Assembly: GCA_046760785.1 (NCBI GenBank)
Contig: JBHIET010000002.1
Coordinates: 17,052 to 81,051 of the forward strand
Reading direction: 5' to 3'
Source of the DNA: Anaerolineae bacterium
Lineage (GTDB): Bacteria; Chloroflexota; Anaerolineae; B4-G1
DNA: 64,000 nt
Numbering within the stretch: the first letter of the stretch is position 1; each line of letters starts with the position of its first letter. The notes under the pieces are model-generated. The model saw only the letters and a program-made list of their open reading frames with translations, did no database searches and was not told the DNA's origin. Positions 17,764 through 27,852 of this stretch are shown here, in pieces. The translations under genes were made by a program, and so were the position numbers.

Positions 17764-19221
17764 GTGGGGTCGGCGGTCGCAGAAGAAGCCTTTCTCAAGA
17801 GCAAGTCGGCCGAGGGGTTTGCCATCATTGCACTGTTGGGCATTGTGCGGTTCGTGGTGGCGTCTGGCAACTATTTTGTCCTGGGGCACCTGCTGTCGCC
17901 GGACGTTTTTGGGACGTATGCATTTTGCGTCGTCGTGGTGGGCTTTGCCGCGTTGCTCACGACGGTTGAGGGGCGGCGCAGCGTTATCACCGCCACCGAG
18001 AAAGTTGATGAGGTTTTTACGCACGCGCTGGGCATCGAGCTGGCACTGGCTGTTCTGGTCATGGCCGTCATCGTGGTGGGCTCGCCGTCCATTCTGTGGC
18101 TTCTGAACCGCCCGGAGATTCCCCCGGCTTACCTGCAACTGTTGTCACTTCAACTGCTCATCACTCCCTTCGAGCTGCCGCTGGCGCTGTTGGAGCGCAG
18201 ATTGGCCTTTCGCATCATAGGTGTGATCGAGTTTGTGTCCATCCTGGCAAACTGTGTCATCAGCATTGGGTTGGCCTGGCGGGGCTGGGGTGTGTGGAGT
18301 CTTGTGGTTTCGACGGTGGTCAGCGGGTGGGTGCGTGTCCTCCTGGGCTGGCTCATCGTCCGTCCCCGGTTGGTGCGGAGGTTGGATGGGCATGTCGCTC
18401 GGCAGGTGGTCGGCTATGGCTTGCCGCTCACCTTGTCCAACATGATCGGCCACTGGTACTGGAATGTGGATGACTTGATCGTGGGGTATCTGCTGGGCAC
18501 GGTGGAGCTGGGATACTACTGGTTGGCGTTCAAGATCCCGCACTATATGCTGCAACTCGCGGATACCGTCTCAAAGGTGACTTTTCCGGTCTATGCGCGT
18601 ATGCCGGGTGATGAGGGATTGGAGCGCGCGTTCAATTGGGTGACCAAGCTGTCGGCGGCGCTGCTGCTCTTGCCCGCCGTGTTGGCGCTGCCTTACGGCG
18701 AGTTTATCATCGTGACGGCTTTCGGCGAGCAGTGGATGCCCGCCGTGTTGACGTTCCAGATATACATGTCGCTGGTGGCATTTCGCGGCACGCTCCGGCA
18801 CTGGGCCGACGTGGCAATGGTGAAAGGGTACAACCGTGTGGTGTTGCATGTTACGGCCTCGGTCGGCGTTTTGTTACCCGTACTCGGATACCTGGTCACC
18901 CTGCGCTACGGTATTGCGGGGATGGCGGCCGCAGTAGCTCTGTCCCTGATCGTCACCTCCCCTTTGTACCTCTTGCGCATGCACCGCTGGTTGGGTGTGC
19001 GTTATCTCCGTATCCTCTGGCCGGAGGTGGTCACCGGAGTGATCGTGGCGCTCTTGGGCATCTTGGTGCACAGGCTGCTCCCTGATCGTTTCATCGTCAA
19101 TGTGCTGGCGCTGGCGATGCTGTGCGGTGCGTACGTGGGGGTGCTTTTGGTGTTGGATCGGCCTATTGTGAGCCTGATCGGCTCTGAGGTTCGATCCCGG
19201 CTGGTGCGGAGACCGGTGTGA
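17764..19221 (+). CDS. Oligosaccharide flippase (Wzx/MOP superfamily polysaccharide biosynthesis protein)
   Basis: About 12-14 TM helices with the typical Wzx layout. GTG start. Confidence 0.75.
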   Translation: MGSAVAEEAFLKSKSAEGFAIIALLGIVRFVVASGNYFVLGHLLSPDVFGTYAFCVVVVGFAALLTTVEGRRSVITATEKVDEVFTHALGIELALAVLVMAVIVVGSPSILWLLNRPEIPPAYLQLLSLQLLITPFELPLALLERRLAFRIIGVIEFVSILANCVISIGLAWRGWGVWSLVVSTVVSGWVRVLLGWLIVRPRLVRRLDGHVARQVVGYGLPLTLSNMIGHWYWNVDDLIVGYLLGTVELGYYWLAFKIPHYMLQLADTVSKVTFPVYARMPGDEGLERAFNWVTKLSAALLLLPAVLALPYGEFIIVTAFGEQWMPAVLTFQIYMSLVAFRGTLRHWADVAMVKGYNRVVLHVTASVGVLLPVLGYLVTLRYGIAGMAAAVALSLIVTSPLYLLRMHRWLGVRYLRILWPEVVTGVIVALLGILVHRLLPDRFIVNVLALAMLCGAYVGVLLVLDRPIVSLIGSEVRSRLVRRPV

Positions 19222-19222
19222 T

Positions 19223-20308
19223 ATGACCCACACCTATACGCTGTACGATACTCCTGAGATTGTGGCAACGATTGAGGCGGACCTGGCCTTTATCCTGAGC
19301 GAGATTCGGGCCGTCGTGCCGGATATGGTGGCTCTGATTCTGGCGGGGGGGTTTGGCAGGGGAGAGGGGAGTGTGATTGCGCAAGATGGCCGCGTTGTCC
19401 CGGTTAATGATTACGATGTGCATGTGATCACGCACAGTCGCAACCCAGGAGTGGACTGGGCAGGGTTGGAGCAACGCCTGGCGGCGCACATCGGCGTGCG
19501 CTGGGTGGATATCGAGTACACGCCACGGCGCAAGCTGCGCCGGCTCAGGGGGCAACAGTATGGGTTCGATCTCAAGTACGGTGGGCGGGTGCTCTGGGGG
19601 GAGCCAAACATCTTGGAGGAGATCCCGCCTTTTACCGCGCGTGAGATTCGACCCCGGGAAGTGGAGAAGCTATTCTTCACACGCTTGTGGTGCTTTTTGG
19701 GGCCGGTCGTGCTGGACGCGCGGACGGACGCTTTCTCCTTCCCGGACTGTTTCTTTGCCACGGCACAGCTTTCCAAAGCGGTTGTGGCCTGTGTGGAGGC
19801 GTTGCTGATCGCGCGCGGGGTCTACTGTGTGCGCTGTGCCGAAAAGATGGCCCGGCTACAGGCACACGCGCCCGAAAAAAGCGCCCTGCTATCCCTGGCC
19901 GAGTGGGCGATTGCGTTCAAGCTGGACCCAGGCACACCTGCCCCTGAGGCTGACGATCTGGCGGCACTGTACGATCGAGCACGGGATGTATACCTGGATG
20001 TGTTTGGTGAGCTGTTGGGGGGGTTATATGGACGCAGATGGCAGGGCTGGGCGAGCCTGACACGGTTGTATCACCCTCCCCTGGGGCGGCGTGCTCAGTT
20101 GCGCCGGATGGTACACTTTGTGCGGCATGGCCGGTTTCCGGTTGACGTTGAGCGTGAAAAGCAGATGGCGCGGCTGTTTCTCGTTTATTCGTGGAACCAA
20201 AGTGTGGAGTACAATCGCCGGGCGAAGGAGCACCTGGTGCGTGCGGCCCTTTTTGACGCCGCTTCTCCGCCGGACTGGGAAGCGCTGCGAAAGGTGGCCG
20301 TGAGTTGA
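19223..20308 (+). CDS. Hypothetical protein with N-terminal polymerase-beta-like nucleotidyltransferase fold
   Basis: GGFGRGEGS-x12-DYDVHV matches the hG[GS]-x(9-13)-Dh[DE]h NTase signature. ~250 aa helical C-terminal region. Translationally coupled to its neighbours. Confidence 0.45.
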   Translation: MTHTYTLYDTPEIVATIEADLAFILSEIRAVVPDMVALILAGGFGRGEGSVIAQDGRVVPVNDYDVHVITHSRNPGVDWAGLEQRLAAHIGVRWVDIEYTPRRKLRRLRGQQYGFDLKYGGRVLWGEPNILEEIPPFTAREIRPREVEKLFFTRLWCFLGPVVLDARTDAFSFPDCFFATAQLSKAVVACVEALLIARGVYCVRCAEKMARLQAHAPEKSALLSLAEWAIAFKLDPGTPAPEADDLAALYDRARDVYLDVFGELLGGLYGRRWQGWASLTRLYHPPLGRRAQLRRMVHFVRHGRFPVDVEREKQMARLFLVYSWNQSVEYNRRAKEHLVRAALFDAASPPDWEALRKVAVS

Positions 20309-21540
20309 TGGCTCCCCCAACCTTTCTCGTCTTGCTGGACGCCCTGCGGTGGGACTATGTGTGCGTCCAGGATTCACCCACATTGGTGCAACTGGCCAAC
20401 GCTGGAATCTGGGCACGCAAGGTGCGTCCCTCGTTTGGGTTCTGCGAGATTTCAGAGTGCGTGACGGGCACGCGCCCCAACGTGAACGGTAACTTTGCGG
20501 CCTTCGCCTACGGTCCACAAGCCTCCCCCTATCGTAGGTGGCGTGGGATGTTGCGGCTGCTGGGCTTTGTGGACCGTCTGCCGCGCGGGCAAATGCGGGC
20601 GCGCCAGGTGTTGGAGTGGTGGTTCGCGGTGTGCGGCGTGCCACACCCGACCTACCGTATCCCGCTCCCGTGGCTCTCGTATTTTGTACCAACGGAGGGA
20701 GCACGTCTGCACACCCAGGCGGGTGCGTTTGCTGTCGAGTCTGTGTACGACGTGATGGCGCGGGCCGGACGCGCGGTGTACGACGAGACGTTCGTCCGGC
20801 ACAACCGCGCCGCTGGCTCTGACGTGGATCGGGTGGAGCGGCTGCTGCGCCATTGTGCGGAGTCGTACGATTTGTTTATGATTTACCTGGGAGAGGCCGA
20901 TGGCGCTGGGCACGACTTTGGGCCTGATTCGCCACAGCGGCGCGAGACGGTGAAGCGGCTGGATGCGCTGATTGCGCGGCTCGTGGAGCGCGTCGCTCAG
21001 GTGTACGGCGAGGCGGCGAACCTTGTGGTGCTGGGCGACCACGGGATGGTGCCCGTCGCGCACACGGTGGACGTCTGGAGTTCTGTCGGCGCCCTGGGGC
21101 TGGAGTTTGGCCGCGACTATGTGATGTTCCTGGATTCTACCCTGGCGCGCTTCTGGCCCTTGTCGGAACGTGGGCGCGCTGGACTGAGGCAGTTGTTGGC
21201 CCAGCGGGAATTTGCAACCCTGGGCGAGTTGTTGACGCCGGAGCGGGCAGAGGAGCTGCACGTTCCTCCACCCGACTCAAAGTACGGGGAGATCATCTGG
21301 CTGGCGCACGCAAACACGATGATCTTTCCCGACTTTTTCAACCGCGTTGTGTCGTTGGGGATGCACGGGTACGAGACCTCACTGGATGAGCAGAAGGGGT
21401 TCGCCGTGGTCGTGGGGCCGGATGTGGGCGCGGCGGTGTTGGAAGAGGTGGAACTCGTGGACATCTGCCCGACGCTCTGTGACTTGTTGAGCATCGAATA
21501 CCCTCGGCAGAATCAGGGCATCAGCCTGCTTGGTCGGTAA
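20305..21540 (+). CDS. Alkaline-phosphatase-superfamily enzyme (type I phosphodiesterase/nucleotide pyrophosphatase-like)
   Basis: LLDALRWDY metal-site motif near the N-terminus. ...DGAGHDFG.... C-terminal VVLGDHGM metal-binding motif. Confidence 0.7.
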   Translation: MMAPPTFLVLLDALRWDYVCVQDSPTLVQLANAGIWARKVRPSFGFCEISECVTGTRPNVNGNFAAFAYGPQASPYRRWRGMLRLLGFVDRLPRGQMRARQVLEWWFAVCGVPHPTYRIPLPWLSYFVPTEGARLHTQAGAFAVESVYDVMARAGRAVYDETFVRHNRAAGSDVDRVERLLRHCAESYDLFMIYLGEADGAGHDFGPDSPQRRETVKRLDALIARLVERVAQVYGEAANLVVLGDHGMVPVAHTVDVWSSVGALGLEFGRDYVMFLDSTLARFWPLSERGRAGLRQLLAQREFATLGELLTPERAEELHVPPPDSKYGEIIWLAHANTMIFPDFFNRVVSLGMHGYETSLDEQKGFAVVVGPDVGAAVLEEVELVDICPTLCDLLSIEYPRQNQGISLLGR

Positions 21541-22525
21541 GCGAGGCGCGACGTTGGATGTTTCGGTCATCATTCGGGCCAAGAATGAGGCACTGTGGCT
21601 AGGCACGGTGTTGCGGTCTGTCCGTGCGCAATCCGGTGGGCATCAGGTCGAGATCATTCTGGTGGACTCTGGCTCGACCGACCAAACGGTGAACATTGGG
21701 ATGTGCTATGGGTGCCGTGTGATCCACATTCGGCCAGATGAGTTCACCTGGGGGCGTGCGCTCAACCTGGGGGCGGCCGCCGCAACAGGGGAGGTGCTGG
21801 TGCTGCTATCGGCCCACGCCGTGCCCGTGGGGACGGCGTGGTTGGAGCAGTTACTTGCCCCTTTGCAGGCTCCACCTGTGGCGGCTGTGATGGGGCGGCA
21901 GATACCGATTCCCGGCCTGGACCCTTTCGAAGAGATCGAGTTAGAGTTGTGGTTTCCACCGTTGGAAGCGCCGAAACAGGTGTCAAGCATTTCGTCTGCC
22001 TCTGCTGCTATCCGTCGCAACGTCTGGCAAGAGATCAGGTTTGACGAAACGTTGTCGTTGGACGAGGATGGGGAGTGGGCGCGTGCTGCGATGGCCTGTG
22101 GGCATCAGATCATGTATGCGCCGCACAGCGTGGTTTGGCATAGCCATCCGGCGTGTGTGGACACGGTCTACCGGCGCTGGTTCTGGCGTAGCTATGTGAT
22201 ACACTCGAGAGCGGGTGAGAAGCCGTCGTCGGCGCGCCACCTTGCCAGGTTCGTGAAGCGGGACGTGCGTTACTTTCTCACGCATCGCTGCTTCTCCTAC
22301 CTGGGATGGATTCCGGTGTACGAGTTCGTGCGTCAGGGCGGCTTCTGGGCCGGGCGGCGAGCCGCGCTGAGCAGGGCGCGTGCCGGATCTGACGAGCCGT
22401 GGGGATACTGTGCCCTGACCATTCCCCAGGCGATGCTGAGGTTGGAGCCGGCGTTCGCCCGCATCCGGCGCATCACACCGAAGGATGCCGTGCGGATGCT
22501 GGAGCGACAGATTGAGGAAGGTTAA
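21530..22525 (+). CDS. Family 2 glycosyltransferase (start uncertain: TTG at 21530 or 21554)
   Basis: VSVIIRAKNEALWLGTVLRSV...VEIILVDSGSTD GT-A N-terminal signature. DxD-like LDEDGEW. Confidence 0.8.
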   Translation: MVGKRGATLDVSVIIRAKNEALWLGTVLRSVRAQSGGHQVEIILVDSGSTDQTVNIGMCYGCRVIHIRPDEFTWGRALNLGAAAATGEVLVLLSAHAVPVGTAWLEQLLAPLQAPPVAAVMGRQIPIPGLDPFEEIELELWFPPLEAPKQVSSISSASAAIRRNVWQEIRFDETLSLDEDGEWARAAMACGHQIMYAPHSVVWHSHPACVDTVYRRWFWRSYVIHSRAGEKPSSARHLARFVKRDVRYFLTHRCFSYLGWIPVYEFVRQGGFWAGRRAALSRARAGSDEPWGYCALTIPQAMLRLEPAFARIRRITPKDAVRMLERQIEEG

Positions 22526-22538
22526 GGAGCGAGCAACC

Positions 22539-23462
22539 GTGTCTATGCCAAGCGTAGTGCTGCTGATTTTGACCTGGAACGGCAAGCAAGATACGTTGGA
22601 GTGTCTTGACTCTCTGGATAAGCTTGAGTATCCCGGCTTCTGGGTGCTGGTGGTGGATAATGCCTCCACCGATGGAACGGTGGCAGCGGTGCGGGAGCGC
22701 TTTCCGGAGGTGAAGCTGCTTGTCAACGAGCGTAACCTGGGATACGCCGGGGGCAACAATGTCGGCATTCGCGCCGCGTTGGAGACGGACGTGGACTATG
22801 TTTTCATCTTGAACAACGATATTGTTTTTGAGGACGCCGATTGTCTGCTCCGTCTGGTCGAGGCGGCGGAGGTGCATCCCACCGGCGGGCTGTTTGGCCC
22901 CAAGACGTACAGGTATGGCGAGGATAACCTGCTCGATTTCATCGGTGGTACCTACAGTATGTACACGGGCTTGGCCCCCAGCGTCGGTGTTGACGAATAT
23001 GACCGGGGCCAGTACGAGACGATGCGGGTCTATCCGTTCGTGAACGGGCACGCTGTGTTGGTCAAGCGGGCGGTGTTCGAGACGGTAGGGCTGTTCGACG
23101 AGACATACTTTGGGTATTACGAAGAGACGGATTTTTGCCACCGCGCCCGGATGGCGGGTTTTGATTCCATCTATGTGCCCCAGGCACGTATATGGCACAA
23201 GGTCAGTCGTGCTCCTATGGGCGAATTGCGTGAGTACCTGATGTATCGCAATCAAATCCTGTTTGTGCGCAAGCACGCGACTCGGTTAGAGAAGGTCGTT
23301 TTTTCCCTGCACTATGCGCTGTTGCAAATGCCGCGATTTGTGGCGGGAAATGTGTTGCGGGGACGGTGGAGGCGCTTGCGGAACTATGTTCGAGCGGTAG
23401 GGTGGAACCTGGGGGTGTGCGGTGATGGGGACTTGCTTGTGGGGGTGGGTGGCGGAGAGTAA
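22539..23462 (+). CDS. Family 2 glycosyltransferase
   Basis: PSVVLLILTWNGKQDTLECLDSL...VLVVDNASTDGT. FILNNDIVFEDADCLLRL. RBS AAGGAG upstream of the GTG at 22539. Confidence 0.8.
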   Translation: MSMPSVVLLILTWNGKQDTLECLDSLDKLEYPGFWVLVVDNASTDGTVAAVRERFPEVKLLVNERNLGYAGGNNVGIRAALETDVDYVFILNNDIVFEDADCLLRLVEAAEVHPTGGLFGPKTYRYGEDNLLDFIGGTYSMYTGLAPSVGVDEYDRGQYETMRVYPFVNGHAVLVKRAVFETVGLFDETYFGYYEETDFCHRARMAGFDSIYVPQARIWHKVSRAPMGELREYLMYRNQILFVRKHATRLEKVVFSLHYALLQMPRFVAGNVLRGRWRRLRNYVRAVGWNLGVCGDGDLLVGVGGGE

Positions 23463-23489
23463 GTCGAGTTTGGGGGTGGAGGAGGACAT

Positions 23490-24185
23490 TTGGCAAACGT
23501 AGAATCTCGGATCCGCGAGCGCTTTGACGATGTCTCGCAGGATCGGGAGACCTTTCCGGCCCACGTTGAGCCGGATGATTTTGAGTGGCTGGCGGTAAAG
23601 CGGGCGCTTGGCCTTTCGACAGGGGCAAAGGTGCTGGACGCCGGGTGTGGGCGGGGGCGCTTTAGTCGAGCGTTGGCTGGTGAGGGGGCGCGGGTGGTGG
23701 GGGTGGACCTTTCGCACCGCTTGACGCGCGCGGCGGCGCAATTGGGCGGGGATTTTTGCCAGGCGAGCGTCACCAGGTTGCCGTTTGCGGCGGAAAGCTT
23801 CGACGCGGTCGTGTGCGTGGAGGTGCTCGAGCACGTGCCCGATGTCCCGACCGCGCTGGCAGAGATGGCGCGCGTCTTGTGCCGAGGGGGCAAAGCCGTC
23901 GTCGTGGATAAGAGCCTCTGCTCTCTGCATCCCCGCTTCTTGTTGCCCTCGGCCCTGGTCAAGTTTGTGATGGAGCGTGCCAACCGTTGGATGTATCCCA
24001 GTGGCTTTGAGTTTGCCGAGATTTGGTTTGTGCCCCGCGTTCTGTCTCGCCAACTGAGGATGCACTTCTCAGGCGTCGAGGTGTGCTATTTGCATTACAC
24101 CTATCGCAAGTGGCGCGCCAGAGGCTGGATCACGCGCCTTCTGCCGTTCTTGAGTATGTACGTGGCGTGGGTGGCGGAGAAGTGA
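23490..24185 (+). CDS. Class I SAM-dependent methyltransferase
   Basis: VLDAGCGRGRFSRALAGEGARVVGVDLS motif I/II. TTG start with GGAGGAGG RBS. Confidence 0.8.
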   Translation: MANVESRIRERFDDVSQDRETFPAHVEPDDFEWLAVKRALGLSTGAKVLDAGCGRGRFSRALAGEGARVVGVDLSHRLTRAAAQLGGDFCQASVTRLPFAAESFDAVVCVEVLEHVPDVPTALAEMARVLCRGGKAVVVDKSLCSLHPRFLLPSALVKFVMERANRWMYPSGFEFAEIWFVPRVLSRQLRMHFSGVEVCYLHYTYRKWRARGWITRLLPFLSMYVAWVAEK

Positions 24186-25360
24186 GCGAGGCCCGGTCCC
24201 TTTTCGAGGTGTGCTCGCACTGGCTGGCGCGATCGGGGATCGTCGCGCCCAACGGCGGTGTCTACGACGGGTACGACACGGCGCGGCGCGTATATCCTCG
24301 CCTGTATAGCGAGATCACCGGCTATGCGGTGAGCGTGTTCCTGCGTCTGGCGGCCTGGACAGGGGAGGCCGCTCATCTCGAAAGGGCGCGGCGTAGTGGA
24401 GATTATCTGTGCAAACTGCAACGGCGGTCCGGAGAACTGGGCGAGGGGGCGGTGGCTCACTGTGTTCCGCACGGTAGTACCCGTCCCTGTGATGAGAGTT
24501 TTACGTTTGACGCGGGGATGATCCTTCAGGGGTTGTGTGAATTGGCGGCCTGTGAAGGGGATGCGCGCTACGTGCAAGCAGCGCACGACGCGGCAAGGTG
24601 GTTGTTAGGGTTCCAGGAGAAGGATGGTGGGTTTCGCGCCCGTCGCAGGTTAGGTGGGGGGGATCGTTACCAGGTGCCTACGTTTGAAAGTGACTATGGG
24701 TGCCTGCACGTCAAGCTGGCAGTCGGACTGTTGCGCGCGGCGGACCTCACGGGGGATGGGAGCTTTGCAGCGGCAGCCCGACTGGTGTGTGAGTGGGGAC
24801 TGGGACTGCAGGCGCCCGATGGCGCGTTTTGGGCCAATGTGCGGCGCACCCACGTCTTTGCGCACGCGCACTGTTACGCCACAGAGGGGTTGCTTTTCGC
24901 GGCCCATCGTCTGCGAGAGCCCCGCTACGCCAGGGCTGCTGAGAAGGCCGGCCGCTGGTTGTTGCAGGCCCAGGATGATCAAGGAGCTTTGCGCCAGTAC
25001 TACAAAGGGCATCCGCGTGGCCCACTCCGCTGGCGGGTCGAGTGCTTGGCTCCGGCACTGGTCAGCGACGCCACTGCCCAGGCTGTTCGCATCTGGCGTA
25101 CCCTCGATGCACAAACCGGCGATCCGGCCTTTCGTGAGGGGGCTGAACGAGCACTACGTTACTTGCAGTCGGTACAGATCAAACGCCCGGATGAGCCTCG
25201 GATAAATGGTGCGCTCTGGTATCGTATACGCCCTGTGGCAAGGACACGCTGGCACGGGCCGATGGTATACTCCTGGCCGGTGATGTTTGCGCTGGCAGCC
25301 AGCCGCTACGCCTCCGATGTGGCTCTGGATGAGACGGCGATGTGTGAGGCGTTGTTCTGA
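24182..25360 (+). CDS. alpha/alpha-toroid (six-hairpin) repeat protein, possibly glycoside-hydrolase- or epimerase-like
   Basis: GTG start overlapping the upstream stop (GTGA). Repeated helical hairpin pattern (DAGMILQGLCELAA..., DAARWLLGFQEKDGGF, ATEGLLFAAHRL..., AGRWLLQAQDDQGAL). Family not resolved. Confidence 0.4.
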   Translation: MSEARSLFEVCSHWLARSGIVAPNGGVYDGYDTARRVYPRLYSEITGYAVSVFLRLAAWTGEAAHLERARRSGDYLCKLQRRSGELGEGAVAHCVPHGSTRPCDESFTFDAGMILQGLCELAACEGDARYVQAAHDAARWLLGFQEKDGGFRARRRLGGGDRYQVPTFESDYGCLHVKLAVGLLRAADLTGDGSFAAAARLVCEWGLGLQAPDGAFWANVRRTHVFAHAHCYATEGLLFAAHRLREPRYARAAEKAGRWLLQAQDDQGALRQYYKGHPRGPLRWRVECLAPALVSDATAQAVRIWRTLDAQTGDPAFREGAERALRYLQSVQIKRPDEPRINGALWYRIRPVARTRWHGPMVYSWPVMFALAASRYASDVALDETAMCEALF

Positions 25361-26511
25361 TGGCTCATCGCATTCTTTTCCTGCCGCACTTTCCGGGACT
25401 GAACGTGCGCGTGCGCTCGTACGAACTGGCCAGGTGTCTGGCGGACGCACACACGATCCACTATCTGTGTTGGCCCGTCTTACGGGCGCGGGCGGAGCTG
25501 CTACGGGCGTGGCACGGCGTGCGCTGTTGGGCCCGTCCGCTGCGCGTGCGGGCCCTGGGGAGTGGTGTACACGAACTGCGCGCCTCGCGCTTGCTACTCA
25601 AAGGCTCACTGGCCCAGGCGTACAATCGGTACCAGTTGGCGCGTTGGATCGCGGAACTGGACATAGACGTGGTCGTGAGTGCGGATTTTCGGTACACGCC
25701 GTTTCCTCATTGGTTCAAGGGGAGGGTGGTGTACGTCTATGATATGGTTGACGCCTTCTGGGATGAGCGGCGGCACGAGGCGGCGCACATCCGGAAGTTT
25801 GTGGGCGGGGAGTTGGCAAAGGCCGACGTGGTGACCGTTTGCTCGCGCCGGTTGGCCGAGAATGTGCGCCGGCTGTGGGGACGGGAGGTCGAGGTGTTGC
25901 CCAACGGGGCAGACTTGGCGGAATTACGCGCGGTTGCACCGGAAGATGTGACTCGTCTGCGTGCGTCGCTAGGTTTGGAAGGGCGTTGGGTCATCGGATC
26001 TATCGGCAACCACGGCCCCTGGTCGGGGTTGGAGTTGCTGCTTGGAGCGTTCCAGCGGATTAGAGCGCGTATGCCTGAGGTAGCCTTGCTGATTGTGGGA
26101 CCGGGTTCGGAAGTGGATCGGCTATCGCCCCGCTACGAGCGCGACCCTGACGTGTGCTTCACCGGGCCGCGTCCTCCGGAGGAGATGCCGCTTTTTTTCA
26201 ACGCATTGGACGTCGGTACGTTGCCCTTTGAGGTGAGTGAGTTTACCCACAGCGCCCTGCCCCTCAAGGTGATCGAGTACTCGGCCTGCAACAAGCCCGT
26301 TGTCTCGACCCCTTTGCGCGGCGTCATGGATTTGGCGTTCCCGAACATCCGGCTGGCGGAGTCCGACGTGGAAGCCTGGGCCGCTGCGTTGCTGGCCGCG
26401 CGGACGCACAGTTGGGATCGGCACGACCTGGCGTGTAGCGTCGAGGCTTATGACTGGCATGCCATCGCCGGACGGTTGCTGGATGCCATCGAGAGCCGAG
26501 GTATCCTGTGA
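25360..26511 (+). CDS. Family 4 (GT-B) glycosyltransferase
   Basis: ATG overlaps the upstream TGA (TGATG). C-terminal E-x7-E-like block LPFEVSEFTHSALPLKVIEYSACNKPVV. Confidence 0.8.
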   Translation: MAHRILFLPHFPGLNVRVRSYELARCLADAHTIHYLCWPVLRARAELLRAWHGVRCWARPLRVRALGSGVHELRASRLLLKGSLAQAYNRYQLARWIAELDIDVVVSADFRYTPFPHWFKGRVVYVYDMVDAFWDERRHEAAHIRKFVGGELAKADVVTVCSRRLAENVRRLWGREVEVLPNGADLAELRAVAPEDVTRLRASLGLEGRWVIGSIGNHGPWSGLELLLGAFQRIRARMPEVALLIVGPGSEVDRLSPRYERDPDVCFTGPRPPEEMPLFFNALDVGTLPFEVSEFTHSALPLKVIEYSACNKPVVSTPLRGVMDLAFPNIRLAESDVEAWAAALLAARTHSWDRHDLACSVEAYDWHAIAGRLLDAIESRGIL

Positions 26512-26618
26512 GAGTCGCTCGAAATGGCCGCTATGTCTTCAAAGCGGTGCGGTTTGCCTGGGGGCGATAATGGGTCGGGTGGGGCGAGTTTTCCTAGAAT
26601 AAGTTGATGGAGTAGCTT

Positions 26619-27743
26619 GTGCCGCAACGTCGTCTGAGCATTCTACAGGTCACGCGCCAGTTTTATCCTTCCGTTGCCGGCGTCGAGGTCGTGGTGGAAA
26701 ACCTGGGCCGCGAACTCATACGTTTGGGACACCGCTGTGAAGTCGTGACCTTGAACCACCTGTTCTATGCTTCCGACCGTCGCTTGCCGGCGGAAGAGAA
26801 TCGGCTAGGTATCCTGGTGCGTCGCATTCCATATTGGGGTGGGCGGCGCTTTTTCGTAGCGCCGTCGGTTCTGCATTGGTTGCGCGACTTTGATGTAGTA
26901 CATGTGCACAATACTGACTTCTTCTGCGATTTTCTGGCCCGTACGCGATTTCTACACCACAAACCGTTGCTACTGACGACGCACGGCGGTTTTTTTCATA
27001 CCTCGAGTGCAGCGTGGTTAAAACGGCTTTACTTTGGGACCATCACACGCGGGTCGCTGCGTCGTTTTGACGTAGTAACTGCCGTCAGTGAGTCCGATCG
27101 GCAGCTCTTTGTTTCCGTTTGTGATCGGGTCCGTGTCATACACGATGGTGTGGATTTTCCAACCTATAGTGCTGTCGAGAAACGTATTGAACCAGGGCTG
27201 TTGGTGTATGTAGGAAGGTTGGCCAGCAACAAGCGAGTAGACGCGCTGCTGAAAGCTTGTGCGCTGGTGTACGAACGAATGCCGCACGTACGTCTGGTTC
27301 TCATTGGGATGGATTTCGAGGATGTGCGGCCAAAACTAGAAGCCCTGGCCGGCCAGTTGGGTGTCCAAAGCATGGTTCAGTTTCTGGGGTCGGTGCCGGG
27401 AAGCGTGCTACGGGAGAATCTGGCGCGGGCGAATCTTTTTGTGTCTGCTTCTGAGTACGAGTCTTTCGGCTTGTCGGTGGTCGAGGCAATGGCGACCGGC
27501 ACGGTTCCCGTTGTGAATCGCTTGCCCCCGTTTGAGCAATTTATCGAGCCTGGGCAGAATGGATGGTTCTGCGACTTTTCTCGCCCAGGCGAGGCCGCGC
27601 GAGTACTCGTCAAGGCGTTGTGCTGTCCGATGGGAAGGTTGGAGCTGATGGGGCGTCGTGCCCGTGCGGTCGCCGAACAGTATGACTGGGCGCACATTGT
27701 GGAGGAATGGGAGAGCCTATACTACCGCGTATTGGGCGTGTGA
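26619..27743 (+). CDS. Family 4 (GT-B) glycosyltransferase
   Basis: LSILQVTRQFYPSVAGVEVVV. C-terminal ASEYESFGLSVVEAMATGTVPVV...GQNGWFC. GTG start with GGAG RBS. Confidence 0.85.
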   Translation: MPQRRLSILQVTRQFYPSVAGVEVVVENLGRELIRLGHRCEVVTLNHLFYASDRRLPAEENRLGILVRRIPYWGGRRFFVAPSVLHWLRDFDVVHVHNTDFFCDFLARTRFLHHKPLLLTTHGGFFHTSSAAWLKRLYFGTITRGSLRRFDVVTAVSESDRQLFVSVCDRVRVIHDGVDFPTYSAVEKRIEPGLLVYVGRLASNKRVDALLKACALVYERMPHVRLVLIGMDFEDVRPKLEALAGQLGVQSMVQFLGSVPGSVLRENLARANLFVSASEYESFGLSVVEAMATGTVPVVNRLPPFEQFIEPGQNGWFCDFSRPGEAARVLVKALCCPMGRLELMGRRARAVAEQYDWAHIVEEWESLYYRVLGV

Positions 27744-27852
27744 ACCGGTTCGGTCCGCTCCTCGAATCCAATGACAGCTCCGCCAGCCATGGGGATCGGC
27801 ACACAGGGAGTAGGCTTGTGAGACAGCATACCTCCCGTGAGAATGGAGTAGC

